Virus record (IMG/VR): IMGVR_UViG_3300050821_002122
Span: 96,001-160,000 of that record
Source of the DNA: a virus
Strand: one strand, 5' to 3'
Length of the DNA stretch: 64,000 bases
Shown here: positions 36,750 through 47,148 of the stretch, one piece after another
Numbering within the stretch: position 1 is the stretch's first letter
Layout: each line of letters opens with the position of its first letter
Notes under the pieces: model-generated
Seen by the model: only the letters and a program-made list of their open reading frames with translations
Database searches by the model: none
Told to the model about the DNA's origin: nothing
Translations under genes and position numbers: made by a program

Positions 36750-37186
36750 TTAGGGAACAGCATGGGTCGTAACATAGGCATCATGCAATGTCCTGCCATG
36801 AAGCCCAGGCGTGGTCTGTCAGAGCTTTCCATTTCAATGCGAGCACCTCGGGCATCTTGCATGTAGCTTTTTATCAGAGCGGGTTGGTTGTTCTTATACG
36901 TCTGTATATGGTTCACCATTTGCAAAACGTCTTGGTAGCCGTAGTCCATACCTTCTATGAAGACCAGAACCGCGAACATCCAATGCAGCATCGAGTTGGC
37001 TTTGTGGGCACGCTGCAAGAACAACAGCATATTGCTGTTGCGCCTGCGGTCTTGCATCTGAGCCAAACCAATGAAGTCCTCGCTCAGTGCATTGTGCATG
37101 ATGCCAGTATGCAGGCCCGTCATACCGCTGAGGCGATTGATGATGTCAGTCATCTGTGCATCGTTCATTTGCGTCTCCTGCCGCAT
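36725..37186 (-). CDS. Hypothetical protein
   Basis: 153 aa. Confidence 0.55.
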   Translation of the reverse strand: MRQETQMNDAQMTDIINRLSGMTGLHTGIMHNALSEDFIGLAQMQDRRRNSNMLLFLQRAHKANSMLHWMFAVLVFIEGMDYGYQDVLQMVNHIQTYKNNQPALIKSYMQDARGARIEMESSDRPRLGFMAGHCMMPMLRPMLFPKWLHGRLK

Positions 37187-37683
37187 AAAGCCCGGCGTTG
37201 CTTCTTGCGTTTGTTGAATGCCTTCAGTTGCAAGCGTTTGAGTATACGGTCAGATTCAATCTTAGCTACCTGTATCTCGAAGCAGACCATCGTTTTCATC
37301 ATGAGTGGGTGAACGAAATTCTCTATAAGAGAATTGTGAGTAGAAGCCATACGTGCAGTGAGGTCTGCCCGTTGCTGCTTAAGGTACTCGGTTAGAGAAG
37401 AAGCCTCTGCCGCGAACGCACTCGTAAGAAAATATGGACTGACACCAACCTTACTGGCAAGGGAATCCAGAATAGATTTTTGAAATGCGCCAAGGTGTGA
37501 TTCAGCCTCGCTCATGTCAACGCAGTCCATAGTACCAACAGGTACGTTAGTAAGTAGGTGATTTTCGATGGTTGCGATGCTCGCAAAGAAATCAGGATTC
37601 ATTGTTGAGTGAATCTGTTCATGCCAGGTATCGTCTTCCGTAACCTCAAGCAGTGGCTGCTCGGGCTTCTCTGTGTTTGGCAA
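37165..37683 (-). CDS. Hypothetical protein
   Basis: 172 aa, basic C-terminus. Confidence 0.55.
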   Translation of the reverse strand: MPNTEKPEQPLLEVTEDDTWHEQIHSTMNPDFFASIATIENHLLTNVPVGTMDCVDMSEAESHLGAFQKSILDSLASKVGVSPYFLTSAFAAEASSLTEYLKQQRADLTARMASTHNSLIENFVHPLMMKTMVCFEIQVAKIESDRILKRLQLKAFNKRKKQRRALCGRRRK

Positions 37684-39355
37684 TTTCGGCCTCCAATTCT
37701 TTTTCGGTTAGGACCTTGATGTCCTTGAAGATGGCGTTTTCGCACAGCGCCGTCAGAGTGAATTTATCCTCAACGGCCTTACACACCCGGTGCGTCAAAC
37801 GAATCAGGTTCTGGATGTCACGACCTGCGACCTCCGGGAAGTAGAGAACCGCTTTCTTGGTCTCTTCGACACTGAGTTCGACGTTGAATTCCTTCAGCAT
37901 CAGCTTCCACAGGCGCAGACGTTCAGCCGGCTTTGGCGTATCGAACTGGATTACAGCCAAGCAACGGCTCAAGAATGCATCATCGATCTGATCGCCGCGA
38001 TTGGAGGTAAGAAAGACCAGACCGTTGTGGTACTCAAGCAAACGCAAGAAGACGGCCACGATTGCATTTTGCACTGGATCGTCGCCACGTTCTTTGATGA
38101 ACACATCCGCCTCGTTTATGAGCAGGGGCATGCGCAAACGTGCAGAGCGTTGCAAGATACGGCTCAGGTTCTCTTCGATCTGCTCAGGCCGCGAGCCGAT
38201 CTGACCACTCTGAATTTCGTACAGAGGACGGCGCATCTCGTTGGCATAGACTTCTGCCGTCAGTGTCTTACCAGTACCTGGTTTGCCTTTGGCTAAGATG
38301 ACCGATGCGGAGGCCTTAGCCTTGATTGTCTTCGACTTGTTTTCTGCGTCGTTCTCGTCGCGAAGGGCGTCCAAGTTGGAGATCAGTGCGCCGATCAGGC
38401 GAGTGTGACTCTTCGGCAGAATCAACTTGTCCATCAGGTCTTCTTCGTACTTGTATACCCGCATATTGATGACGTTGATCCACACCATGCAGTGGTGCGC
38501 CATCGAGAAGACAGGCAGCATCGGGTGCGTTGGGACGATGACCATTTTGCCAGTGAGGTCAGATTTGATGACTGGCATCGAGCGATCGTTCTCGTTGTCC
38601 TCTTCGTTGTCTTCATCGCGTCCGAAATCGATGATAGCCCGCGTGGTTGTCGTACCATTCATCATCGAAACAGTCGAAGACGACCACCAGCGATGACCAT
38701 TCGTTTTGTACGCATGACCACGGCAGAGGAACTGCTCACCTTGCTGCGAACCGAAGTCAGCAAAGCGGGACATGACCTTCTCGTAATCCTCGGTCATGTC
38801 TTTATCAGGCACCAGCAGATTGCGGGCTCGCAGAATCTGTGGCAGAGTCATGCCGATAACCTGACGCCGACTGAAGTTGTGAGTTTCATGCGAATGGCTC
38901 ATGCGGATGTTGTAAGCTAAGTTGAGGGTGGCATATTCTTCGCGACCATAACCATTACGGTCACGTTTCACCTCTGGCACGAAGGTGACGTTGTAAGGGA
39001 CATACGCGACACCACGTTGGTCACTCAGTACAGAATGCAGTAATGGCCAATCGTTCTCTTTCAAATAAGCGATCAGCTTGGTAGCGAATTCCTCCACACT
39101 TTCGATTTTCTTCTGCGCCGGGTCTTTCAGCACGTTGATGAGGCGACTCACGCGGCGAATCTCATCCTCTTCCTTTTCCTTCATGACTGCTCGGAGAATT
39201 TCCAGATGCTCCAGCGCCAAATTGTCCAGATCGATATCGAGCTTCTCCCTGTCCTTCTTACGCTTGAACGTGAAGTTGTAGCCCAGGTGAATTGCATCTG
39301 CACCCAGGCGTTTCGCTACCTCTTTCAGGCAACCGGCTGTGACTGAGATTTCCAT
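37646..39355 (-). CDS. AAA+ ATPase
   Basis: GKPGTGKT, Walker B LLINEAD, sensor I LTSNR, SRH DDAFLSR. Confidence 0.9.
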   Translation of the reverse strand: MEISVTAGCLKEVAKRLGADAIHLGYNFTFKRKKDREKLDIDLDNLALEHLEILRAVMKEKEEDEIRRVSRLINVLKDPAQKKIESVEEFATKLIAYLKENDWPLLHSVLSDQRGVAYVPYNVTFVPEVKRDRNGYGREEYATLNLAYNIRMSHSHETHNFSRRQVIGMTLPQILRARNLLVPDKDMTEDYEKVMSRFADFGSQQGEQFLCRGHAYKTNGHRWWSSSTVSMMNGTTTTRAIIDFGRDEDNEEDNENDRSMPVIKSDLTGKMVIVPTHPMLPVFSMAHHCMVWINVINMRVYKYEEDLMDKLILPKSHTRLIGALISNLDALRDENDAENKSKTIKAKASASVILAKGKPGTGKTLTAEVYANEMRRPLYEIQSGQIGSRPEQIEENLSRILQRSARLRMPLLINEADVFIKERGDDPVQNAIVAVFLRLLEYHNGLVFLTSNRGDQIDDAFLSRCLAVIQFDTPKPAERLRLWKLMLKEFNVELSVEETKKAVLYFPEVAGRDIQNLIRLTHRVCKAVEDKFTLTALCENAIFKDIKVLTEKELEAEIAKHREARAATA

Positions 39356-39820
39356 TTAGTGGCTCACTTTCTGAGTTGGTGGTACGAATGCCTCGAAGTC
39401 GTAGACTTCCATTTCTAGCGTCATAGGTTCGGTGCTACCCAGCTGCATCAGATCGAGATAACCGCCCTCGCAGATGTGACTGTAGACCGGAACACCGTTG
39501 AGCGAATACTCGATGATGACCGTCATGTGCGTCGGGTCTGCGTTGTACTGCATGTACTCCTGAATCGCTGCGGCCATCTGCGCAGGATTGGCGCCCTCAT
39601 TCAGCTGCATGCGCAGTGTACCTTTAATCTTTGCATCGTTCTCGTCCTCATCTTCGTCTTCCTCGGATTCTTCATCAGGAGGCATCGGGATGACCAGGTC
39701 ATCTTCATCGTCGTCATCTTCATCGAGGTCTTCAAATTCCCACTCGGCACAAACGGCACCGAGGTTCAGCATTTCCAGTTCGTTGTTATTCGTGTCGCCG
39801 ATGATGATTCGCATTTCCAT
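39356..39820 (-). CDS. Acidic hypothetical protein
   Basis: 154 aa with D/E runs. Confidence 0.6.
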   Translation of the reverse strand: MEMRIIIGDTNNNELEMLNLGAVCAEWEFEDLDEDDDDEDDLVIPMPPDEESEEDEDEDENDAKIKGTLRMQLNEGANPAQMAAAIQEYMQYNADPTHMTVIIEYSLNGVPVYSHICEGGYLDLMQLGSTEPMTLEMEVYDFEAFVPPTQKVSH

Positions 39821-39829
39821 TTGAGACTC

Positions 39830-40171
39830 CTAGTTAGGTATGATAAAATCTTTATTTACTGCATTGGCAAAGTCGACCACTACAGAGAACGGTCGTATGT
39901 AATCCAGCATCTCAGTGTGGCCAGAATTTGCTAGTGCCTCATACACAGAGGTTTCCATCGCCTCTGTAGCCAACGCAATTAAGTCGGAGACCTTGAAACC
40001 GTAGACTGCGCACAGTTCCAATAACTGCTCCAACGTTGGCTTGTATGACCCGCGTTCTATGCGACTAACTATGCCAACATGCATCTTCGATAGTTCTGCC
40101 ACACGAGTTAGTGTTAGGTGTCTCGTTTTACGCAGGCACCTGAGGTAGACTCCTACGTAGGCCGAGATCAT
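39830..40171 (-). CDS. XRE-family HTH regulator
   Basis: LRKTRHLTLTRVAELS..IVSRIERG..PTLEQL. Confidence 0.85.
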   Translation of the reverse strand: MISAYVGVYLRCLRKTRHLTLTRVAELSKMHVGIVSRIERGSYKPTLEQLLELCAVYGFKVSDLIALATEAMETSVYEALANSGHTEMLDYIRPFSVVVDFANAVNKDFIIPN

Positions 40172-40689
40172 AGGTTCACGTATGCCTTGACCAAGGTAGT
40201 CAAGTCACCCTTATACTCATCGTTGGCGCAGAACTTACCAGGTACGTCGCAGCAAGTCGCTCGCTTGAACGTATCGGTGCAGGCAGCCAATGCTGCATCA
40301 ACACGGTCTAGATTCACGGGCACATGCTTCTTATCACCATAGCGTTCATACAGATGGTCAACTAACCGAGCTAGTTTAGTAATGTCATTGAGGTCCTTTT
40401 CACCCTCGTGAAACTCGTGTATGGCATTGCTGTTATGCTGCATCATACCGAGCTTGCGCAGTGCTTCCTTGCTGTCGATATGGTAAGCAGGAAATATCTT
40501 TAGCCACAGTTCTTTACGTTGATTGCGTTTGACCAATGGTGCCCATGCCACGCAGCCTTCTGTGGTATTGCGGTCACCAAAGATTGCGATGCCACCCGTG
40601 GTCAACAGTTGAATCTTGCCACCTGGAGGATCGATATCGATGCCGAAATAGTTCCAGGTAACATCATGCGATGCATGGTAGTCTTTCAT
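40168..40689 (-). CDS. Hypothetical protein
   Basis: 173 aa, tiles. Confidence 0.55.
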   Translation of the reverse strand: MKDYHASHDVTWNYFGIDIDPPGGKIQLLTTGGIAIFGDRNTTEGCVAWAPLVKRNQRKELWLKIFPAYHIDSKEALRKLGMMQHNSNAIHEFHEGEKDLNDITKLARLVDHLYERYGDKKHVPVNLDRVDAALAACTDTFKRATCCDVPGKFCANDEYKGDLTTLVKAYVNL

Positions 40690-40690
40690 T

Positions 40691-41008
40691 TTATTTCCCT
40701 ATGAATTGTTTGCATTTGGCTGCACACTTGACGATGGCACGACAGGTAGCAGCCTTCTTGTCGTTACCGTGGAGTTCTGTTTCGGATACGTAACTGACCG
40801 AAGCCACCACACGATGAATACCATGAGGTTGAAAGTGTTGAACACTCATGTTCAGTGCTAGCGCCAGTTCAGCAGCCTGAGTGAGATTGGTTGCGGGTGT
40901 CCATGGTTCATGATTGTGGAACGGTATCCAAGGACTATCACCCACACTGGCCCATGACAGTTCTATACCTGCCGCGATTGCGGCGTCTTCCAATATCTGC
41001 TTGTCCAT
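40691..41008 (-). CDS. Hypothetical phage protein
   Basis: W.P..N..QA.ELA..ATCRAIVKCA pattern. Confidence 0.55.
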   Translation of the reverse strand: MDKQILEDAAIAAGIELSWASVGDSPWIPFHNHEPWTPATNLTQAAELALALNMSVQHFQPHGIHRVVASVSYVSETELHGNDKKAATCRAIVKCAAKCKQFIGK

Positions 41009-41010
41009 AA

Positions 41011-41487
41011 TTACCTCGGCTTGGTAAGATTTCTTTCACGGATTTTATCGATCAAGGGCTGTACGCGCGTCAACTCACGCTCACCTTCTTCCATCATATC
41101 GAAGCCAGCAGCAGAGGCCAAGGCAGCCAGCGTAGTCATCACGCCACCAATCTCTTGGTTCACTACGCCGATGGGACGGGCAAATACATATGTTACCAAC
41201 TCATGAGCCTTCTCCTCGGTCATGCCGTTGGCTTGTACCAACTCTAGTGCCTCTTCAATGAACCGCAAATTGCGTTCGTGCGCGCTGGTAGTCTTTTCGA
41301 TACCGAAGCATGCGAGTACCCAAAGATGTACACGACCGCTGAATGACTCTTTATAATCACCAACAGTTTTGCCATCAAGCGCTGCATGAATTTTGTTGGC
41401 GACTTCTTGCAGGCGATTACCAGCCGGTTTGGTTACGTCGTGAAGATCAACGTACCAGTCGTGTAAAGTTTCGTTGTCGATGGTCAT
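41011..41487 (-). CDS. MazG-like all-alpha NTP pyrophosphatase (tentative)
   Basis: ERNLRFIEEALELVQA..QEIGGVMTTLAAL. Confidence 0.45.
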   Translation of the reverse strand: MTIDNETLHDWYVDLHDVTKPAGNRLQEVANKIHAALDGKTVGDYKESFSGRVHLWVLACFGIEKTTSAHERNLRFIEEALELVQANGMTEEKAHELVTYVFARPIGVVNQEIGGVMTTLAALASAAGFDMMEEGERELTRVQPLIDKIRERNLTKPR

Positions 41488-41753
41488 TTACTTCTCCTTA
41501 AACCAATAATGCTACCAAATAAGATACCTAAGCTTACTCCAACTGCGTAGATCGGGGAATCACCAAGAATGATGAGCCTCAAATGCGTACTTAGGTGATC
41601 GAATAACATACCCCAAATAATTCCAAATGGAACCATGAGCGCTACAATCAAAATCAGCCACCTAGCGCGGAGATGTACCACTGCATAGAACGGTATAAAC
41701 GCACCAATACCAGCAGATATCATAGCCAACACAAACGTCCAAAGATAATTCAT
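41484..41753 (-). CDS. Membrane protein (3 TM)
   Basis: Three hydrophobic segments. Confidence 0.6.
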   Translation of the reverse strand: MNYLWTFVLAMISAGIGAFIPFYAVVHLRARWLILIVALMVPFGIIWGMLFDHLSTHLRLIILGDSPIYAVGVSLGILFGSIIGLRRSK

Positions 41754-44700
41754 ATTTTATCCTCTTGGTAAGTATTTAAGACCTGACAGATGTGGTCAAA
41801 GTATTCATCCTGAATTTTCTGCGTTGGTTCAGTGTCGAAGTCGGCTCGGGCTATGCGAACAGTACCACAGCAGAGTACACCATTGCCGTGATGCCACCTG
41901 CCAAATGTCGGGTATTTATTTGTATCAAGCGTGTCGTTGCTCATCACTACATCCATCGTCTGCGCCTCTTCCGATAGTGTCAATTCCTTTGCGTTCATGT
42001 GTTTCTCCTAGAGAGCGCTAGGCTCGGCGACAATGTACCAGTCGTCACGTATAATATCGTATGCCGTTGGGCAGTAGTCTAAGAAAAGGTTACCTTCTGC
42101 ATCGTAAGGTTGCTGTCGGTCTTTAACATAAACCTGACGAAGGGCTCTTTCGTAAGTCTGAGATCGGGTCATACGTATGACGCAGCCTCGATCAGACAAC
42201 CAGGTTGGATTGGTCACAACCAAATCGTGTTTGTCAGTTTGGTCAAAGAAGTGCCGCACGATTTCATGAAGTTGCATTTTGTTTCCTCTTGAAGTGTGGT
42301 TTGCCGAACAGGATTTCCCAGTGCTGAGGGTTGGTGACGATCATCGGAGATTTGAAGAACCGTTTTGCCAACCGGCGGGTTCGGAATTTCAAGCTCGCCG
42401 GCAATTTCTGTTCCTTGATATCGTCAAGGGTATAGTATTTGCCCACGCGTGCGATCTTGGGTTGCGGAGGTGGTTTGCGATTCAGTCGGCCTATCGACTG
42501 AAAATGGTTGCAAGGTGACCAACTCATGGTAGAGAAATTCAGAGTAGAGGTGTAACTGATAGACGAATCGAAGTTCAGGGGTTCTCCAAGAACCATGGCC
42601 TGCTGCTCCGTCAAATGGAGAGTTGCTACTACCCGGCCATTTTCGTTTACCGTTGCGTTCACTACCTTGCCAACTACTTCACCTTCCGATGTTACTGGCT
42701 TACCGACGAAGGTAGTAGGATCGATATCAGATGGCAATCCGATGATTACGTTGATATCACTCATGGCTAACCAGATCGATGTTGATTGCCACATGAGTAA
42801 GCATGCTAAATTCTACCACAATGGTAGTGTGCTCCTTACCATTGCGTTCACGAATGATTCTAAAGACTGGTTTGTCGGCCTCTGCTTCCGGACGTTGGTT
42901 AGTAATAAGACTTGCGGCAATGAAGCCTTCAACTTCTGCGTAGTCTAATTCGGTTGGCTCAGTCTCAAGCTTCAGTAGGTGTTTAGTTGTCGTAGCAAAG
43001 AGACGGTCGACTGCATTCGAGATGCCAGTCACGATTTCGATGATACGCTCATCGGTGATTGATTGGTCTATACTGGGTCGAGCGCAGATGTAGAGTGGTT
43101 TGGCCTCTATTGGTTCGGTAACTGCCTCTGCTCGTGTAAGTGACGTTGTGTGCATACCGCGTCTGAAAGTAAGACCGTTATCATCGCGCAGCGTGAGGTG
43201 CTGAAAGGTAAGAGAATTATTCAGCATGTAGATATTCGCTTGCTTGCACAAATAGGCTGGGATAGCCTCGTAGTCCTGTTGCTCGAATAATTCCCTCACA
43301 CCATTGATTGCATTCATTTCTTCCTCGCTTTACGTGCAGCCTTGGCCTTAGCACGATTCTTGGTTTTGAGTTTGTCGACCGGCACCTTGTTGCCAGACCG
43401 ATCCCGAGTACCTGAGTACTTCTTGTATTCCTGTAGTTTCAACTCCGCTACTGAATCATCGACTATCCACTTGATATCAGGTTGATTATTGAGAGGTATC
43501 ATATATCTCCTATTAGGATGTCTTCGATGTGGTCAACGGAAACTTCCCACTGGTGTGGTGATGTCTCACGCCGTAGTTGAAGGCCATGGTAAAGAGTAGT
43601 TCCAAAAAGAACAGGTGGGTACCTACGACCAATCGAGCCAACCTCAAGTTCAGATAGTTCAACAACGCCCAAACTGAAGGTCATACGGCCAGGGAACTCC
43701 GTAGTAGGCTCATGTTCCGGTTTTGGATTACGCAACCGAAACCAGAAACTTTGTAGGCTATGCGTATCTAGCTCCACAGCATCGATGATTCGAGACACTG
43801 GTATGATGAGCCTCATGTTGTTATCCTATAAAAGAGGGAATTGACATCGACCTTAAGTGCCAGCGATTTGGTGAAAAGACAGTTGCGTAGAGAACGTTCC
43901 CCGTAATCCCGTATCCGCCACACTGAATAATCGTGAATCACACCAACCAGAGTTCTGCCTCGAAATTTGGCAGGGCCGTCTTCCGCGCTGCAAGGTGTTA
44001 GTTGAATCTCGAGGTCTCGCAGGGTTTGTTGCGTATCACCATCTACGGACCTGATCCATTGAACCGCACACTGCATGTTGAAACATACTACGTAGACATC
44101 GTTGGGTGTCGGATCAGTCTCGCGTAGTTTCTTTACGTTGGCGATGATGTTATCGAGCGGGTTCATCTTTATCTCCTTTGCTGTTAGCTAGTGCATCTGC
44201 TTCTTTTTCGTAATCGATACCAAACTGACTGAAATATTCTTGACGAGTAAGTGGCTTGCCGTCGTCACCCACTGACTTGCAAATGAGACCTTGTTCTGCC
44301 AATCCTTGCGTGAATTTTGTTTTATCGGCACCTATGGTAGCGGAGGCAGAACGCAACATGTGGTGAACTACTGCGACTGCGCGTTTCTGATCTAGCTCAG
44401 TGGCGGCCGCTGCCATGCGATCAAGTTCATCAACCCACCACTGACCTTCTTGGAAATTGCTCAAAGGATCGATACCTTTGTCAAGCTGGTTCATAAGCTT
44501 GTCGTTGTGTTCTCGGATGACCTCCATGCGTCCAGCCTGGTGTGCTTCCTTAATCAAGTCTTCGATGTGCCTGCGCAGTGCCTTGAGTGCAGCTGAGCCT
44601 TTAGTACTTCCCAAAGAATGTAACCTAAGATAGTTAATACGGCGCACCAAGTCCTGCTCAAAGAAAGTTGGTGTGCCGGCCACATCAGATACAGCGGTAG

Positions 44701-44974
44701 CAAGATCATATGCCAGTTTCAAGGATGGGCTAGGCTTGCCTACGTTACCTGCTACATGATCTGTACAGGTGTAGATTACAAATCCTTGAGAGTTATCTAC
44801 AGTAACCTCACACCAGTCATCACCAGTAAGGTCTGCGGGTATAGTGTGCCCTTTGATATGACCATCATGACTATGAATTACTAGGCTCATGCCAACCATA
44901 CTATAGAATAGGCCTACTACTGAGGCCTCCGCATTGGTGAAGTACGTATATGTTGAGGCGTCGGTGTAGTTCAT
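41750..44974 (-). other. Run of eight tiled hypothetical ORFs (41750-41998, 42008-42277, 42264-42764, 42757-43317, 43314-43502, 43499-43816, 43813-44166, 44150-44974)
   Basis: Head-to-tail ORFs with start/stop overlaps; no recognisable family. Confidence 0.55.
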
Positions 44975-45195
44975 GTTGGTACCTTAAAGACCAAGGTGTT
45001 TAACTGGCTGTTCACGTAGGCCAACAATTCAGATATTTGGGAGACCTCACAAGGTGTTTGAGGACCGCTAAACATACTTACGAACTTGTTATCAGCATTC
45101 AGTGTTACGGTTATGCTGACACCGGATTGGTCGTCGTAGAAGGCATGTACCATCTTTTGGTAGCCAAGATTCTTGGCGATGATTTTGATTGTCAT
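44971..45195 (-). CDS. Tandem paralog 3
   Basis: MTIKIIA..FYDD..LVF. Confidence 0.6.
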   Translation of the reverse strand: MTIKIIAKNLGYQKMVHAFYDDQSGVSITVTLNADNKFVSMFSGPQTPCEVSQISELLAYVNSQLNTLVFKVPT

Positions 45196-45196
45196 T

Positions 45197-45418
45197 TTAG
45201 TCCTCGAACACTAGGTTTTGAATTTTGTTATTGATTTCTGCCAGCAGTGTTGCCACCACATCCCCAGGTTGTGAACAAGAGATTTGCCGAATGGTGTAAT
45301 GCGCGTCATAAAATACGCGTATGTAGCACGCAGGATTATCCTCATAGGAGGCTGTTACCATCCGCGTGGAACCGTTGGAGCCTATTACAAGGCTTTGGGC
45401 AATGAGCTTGATATTCAT
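45197..45418 (-). CDS. Tandem paralog 2
   Basis: MNIKLIA..SYEDNP..LVF. Confidence 0.6.
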   Translation of the reverse strand: MNIKLIAQSLVIGSNGSTRMVTASYEDNPACYIRVFYDAHYTIRQISCSQPGDVVATLLAEINNKIQNLVFED

Positions 45419-45657
45419 TCCAAGCACTCCTCAAAGACGATGTTGGGCAGCTCGCGGTGAATCTCATTCATCAAAGCAATGATGGTAGTCATCGATGCGA
45501 ACGGAGCATTGGGCATCGAGTACATACCACCCACTTCATTCGCATCATTGAACAGAACAGCAATCCTGTATTCTGGATTGTCCTCAAAGTAGGCGTAGGC
45601 CAACTTCGTGCCTAAGTTAGAGGGCTTGATATGCCGTGCAATAATTCGTATGGTCAT
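45415..45657 (-). CDS. Tandem paralog 1
   Basis: MTIRIIA..YFEDNP..IVF. Confidence 0.6.
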   Translation of the reverse strand: MTIRIIARHIKPSNLGTKLAYAYFEDNPEYRIAVLFNDANEVGGMYSMPNAPFASMTTIIALMNEIHRELPNIVFEECLE

Positions 45658-46271
45658 TTTCCATACCTCTTCTTTGCTCCTAGCTTACCAGCAATGGCGG
45701 CTTCCTCTTTGGTGTAGCGATGAGCCGTTCCGTCGGCGTGTGCCTTCTTACCGCCCTGGGATGCTATCTCACGTTGACGCTCTGGACTGATAGCCGCGAA
45801 GCCTCGTGCGTTCAGGTCTTTCACGTAGACATCGCTGACCTGACCCTCATAGGGAGGTGCAGTATGCGAGAACTTGAAGTTCCAATTCTTGATGTACCAC
45901 TGTGCCGCCGAATGAGTGTCTAACGCTACATGCGTGAAACCCAGCCTACGGCAATACTGAATTGCTTTCGCAACCAATGCCTTACCAGTACCTTTGTTGC
46001 GATGTTCGGCGTCCACATGGACAGCATAAAGATGCGGCATCTGCAATAAGGGCAAATTCAAACGAGGCCAGTATGCTGGGTCTGGCTCGTATTCAATTAT
46101 AACCGATCCGATTACCACACCTTCTTCCTCTGCGATATACGCCCAGGGAATTGGGTTAGGTATTGGTCCATCTGGCAGAGCTGGAATCTGTGGTAAGAAG
46201 CCGGTGAAGTAATGCTTGGTGGCGTAGGCCAAATGGTCTTTCCTGTTGCGATCAAAGTTCACGATTTTCAT
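45654..46271 (-). CDS. GNAT acetyltransferase fused to KGG (YciG/GsiB-like) stress motif
   Basis: VHVDAEHRNKGTGKALV; C-terminal RGFAAISPERQREIASQGGKKAHADGTAHRYTKEEAAIAGKLG. Confidence 0.8.
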   Translation of the reverse strand: MKIVNFDRNRKDHLAYATKHYFTGFLPQIPALPDGPIPNPIPWAYIAEEEGVVIGSVIIEYEPDPAYWPRLNLPLLQMPHLYAVHVDAEHRNKGTGKALVAKAIQYCRRLGFTHVALDTHSAAQWYIKNWNFKFSHTAPPYEGQVSDVYVKDLNARGFAAISPERQREIASQGGKKAHADGTAHRYTKEEAAIAGKLGAKKRYGK

Positions 46272-46906
46272 TTTGGTGTCCTCAGATATTCGTGGAGTAG
46301 TGCGCCAGTGCGCTCATCTATGTGCGTCCTGCCGCTCTTTACGAAGCCTGCTTTGGTAAAGACTTTGATGGAGGCCAAGTTTGCGTCATCGATGTAAGCA
46401 CGCCCGGTACGCAAAGCAAAGTGACGTATAACGAAAGCAGTTGCGATGCCTTGACCGCGGAATTCTTTGAGGACAAACAAGGGACCGATGCGATTGTGCC
46501 CACTGGAATCAGTGTAAGGCCAACACACTCCGACTGGAGTTTTACCCTCATGGTAGATGACGACTAGATTGGCATCTGTTTGATGTTCAACTGCACCGTT
46601 CAAGAATGCCTCACGCATAGCGTAGTCAATAATACGATTTACCTGAAGGTCGCGAGGGTCTATGATGAAAGACAATAGGTCCCTACTGTGTACAGACCAA
46701 AGTACTTCCTTGGTCTCGTCGATGAGCATCATATGCCCACGATTCACGAGGTACAACTTGCCTTCCACTGGCGGTCGGGTCAACATCGAAATGTGACCTT
46801 TGATATTAACCGACTTTTCTAGCTGATAGGTTTCGTCACCTACCACTACGGTAGAACCTACGGGTATCATATAGGCGGGTATCATTACCTTCATGTCAAT
46901 ATGCAT
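46268..46906 (-). CDS. GNAT acetyltransferase with extra N-terminal domain
   Basis: LFVLKEFRGQGIAT, NLASIKVFTKAGF. Confidence 0.8.
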   Translation of the reverse strand: MHIDMKVMIPAYMIPVGSTVVVGDETYQLEKSVNIKGHISMLTRPPVEGKLYLVNRGHMMLIDETKEVLWSVHSRDLLSFIIDPRDLQVNRIIDYAMREAFLNGAVEHQTDANLVVIYHEGKTPVGVCWPYTDSSGHNRIGPLFVLKEFRGQGIATAFVIRHFALRTGRAYIDDANLASIKVFTKAGFVKSGRTHIDERTGALLHEYLRTPK

Positions 46907-46934
46907 TTCGTTCTCCTGTTGTTCACTTACTGCA

Positions 46935-46942
46935 TATTTACT
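46935..46942 (-). promoter_or_regulatory. Candidate phage promoter AGTAAATA
   Basis: ~29 nt upstream of first leftward ATG at the divergent switch. Confidence 0.6.
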
Positions 46943-46986
46943 AGACCAGGATTCTGATTAACAGAAGAATAAATACAGAAGAATGC

Positions 46987-47053
46987 TGTCAGACAATAGA
47001 CAAAAGAATGCTTAGAAGAATACTATTATGTTTTGAAAGAGTGTTGTCAGACA
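46987..47053. repeat. Two copies of palindrome TGTC-A-GACA, 58 bp apart
   Basis: TGTCAGACAAT at 46987 and 47045 in AT-rich divergent intergenic region. Confidence 0.7.
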
Positions 47054-47148
47054 ATGGCATCACAGTAAATATGTACTGATCCGATCAAGACTAAGGTGCG
47101 CTACATGTTAGTCCCAACTACTGATGAGCTTAATACATAAGGTAACCT

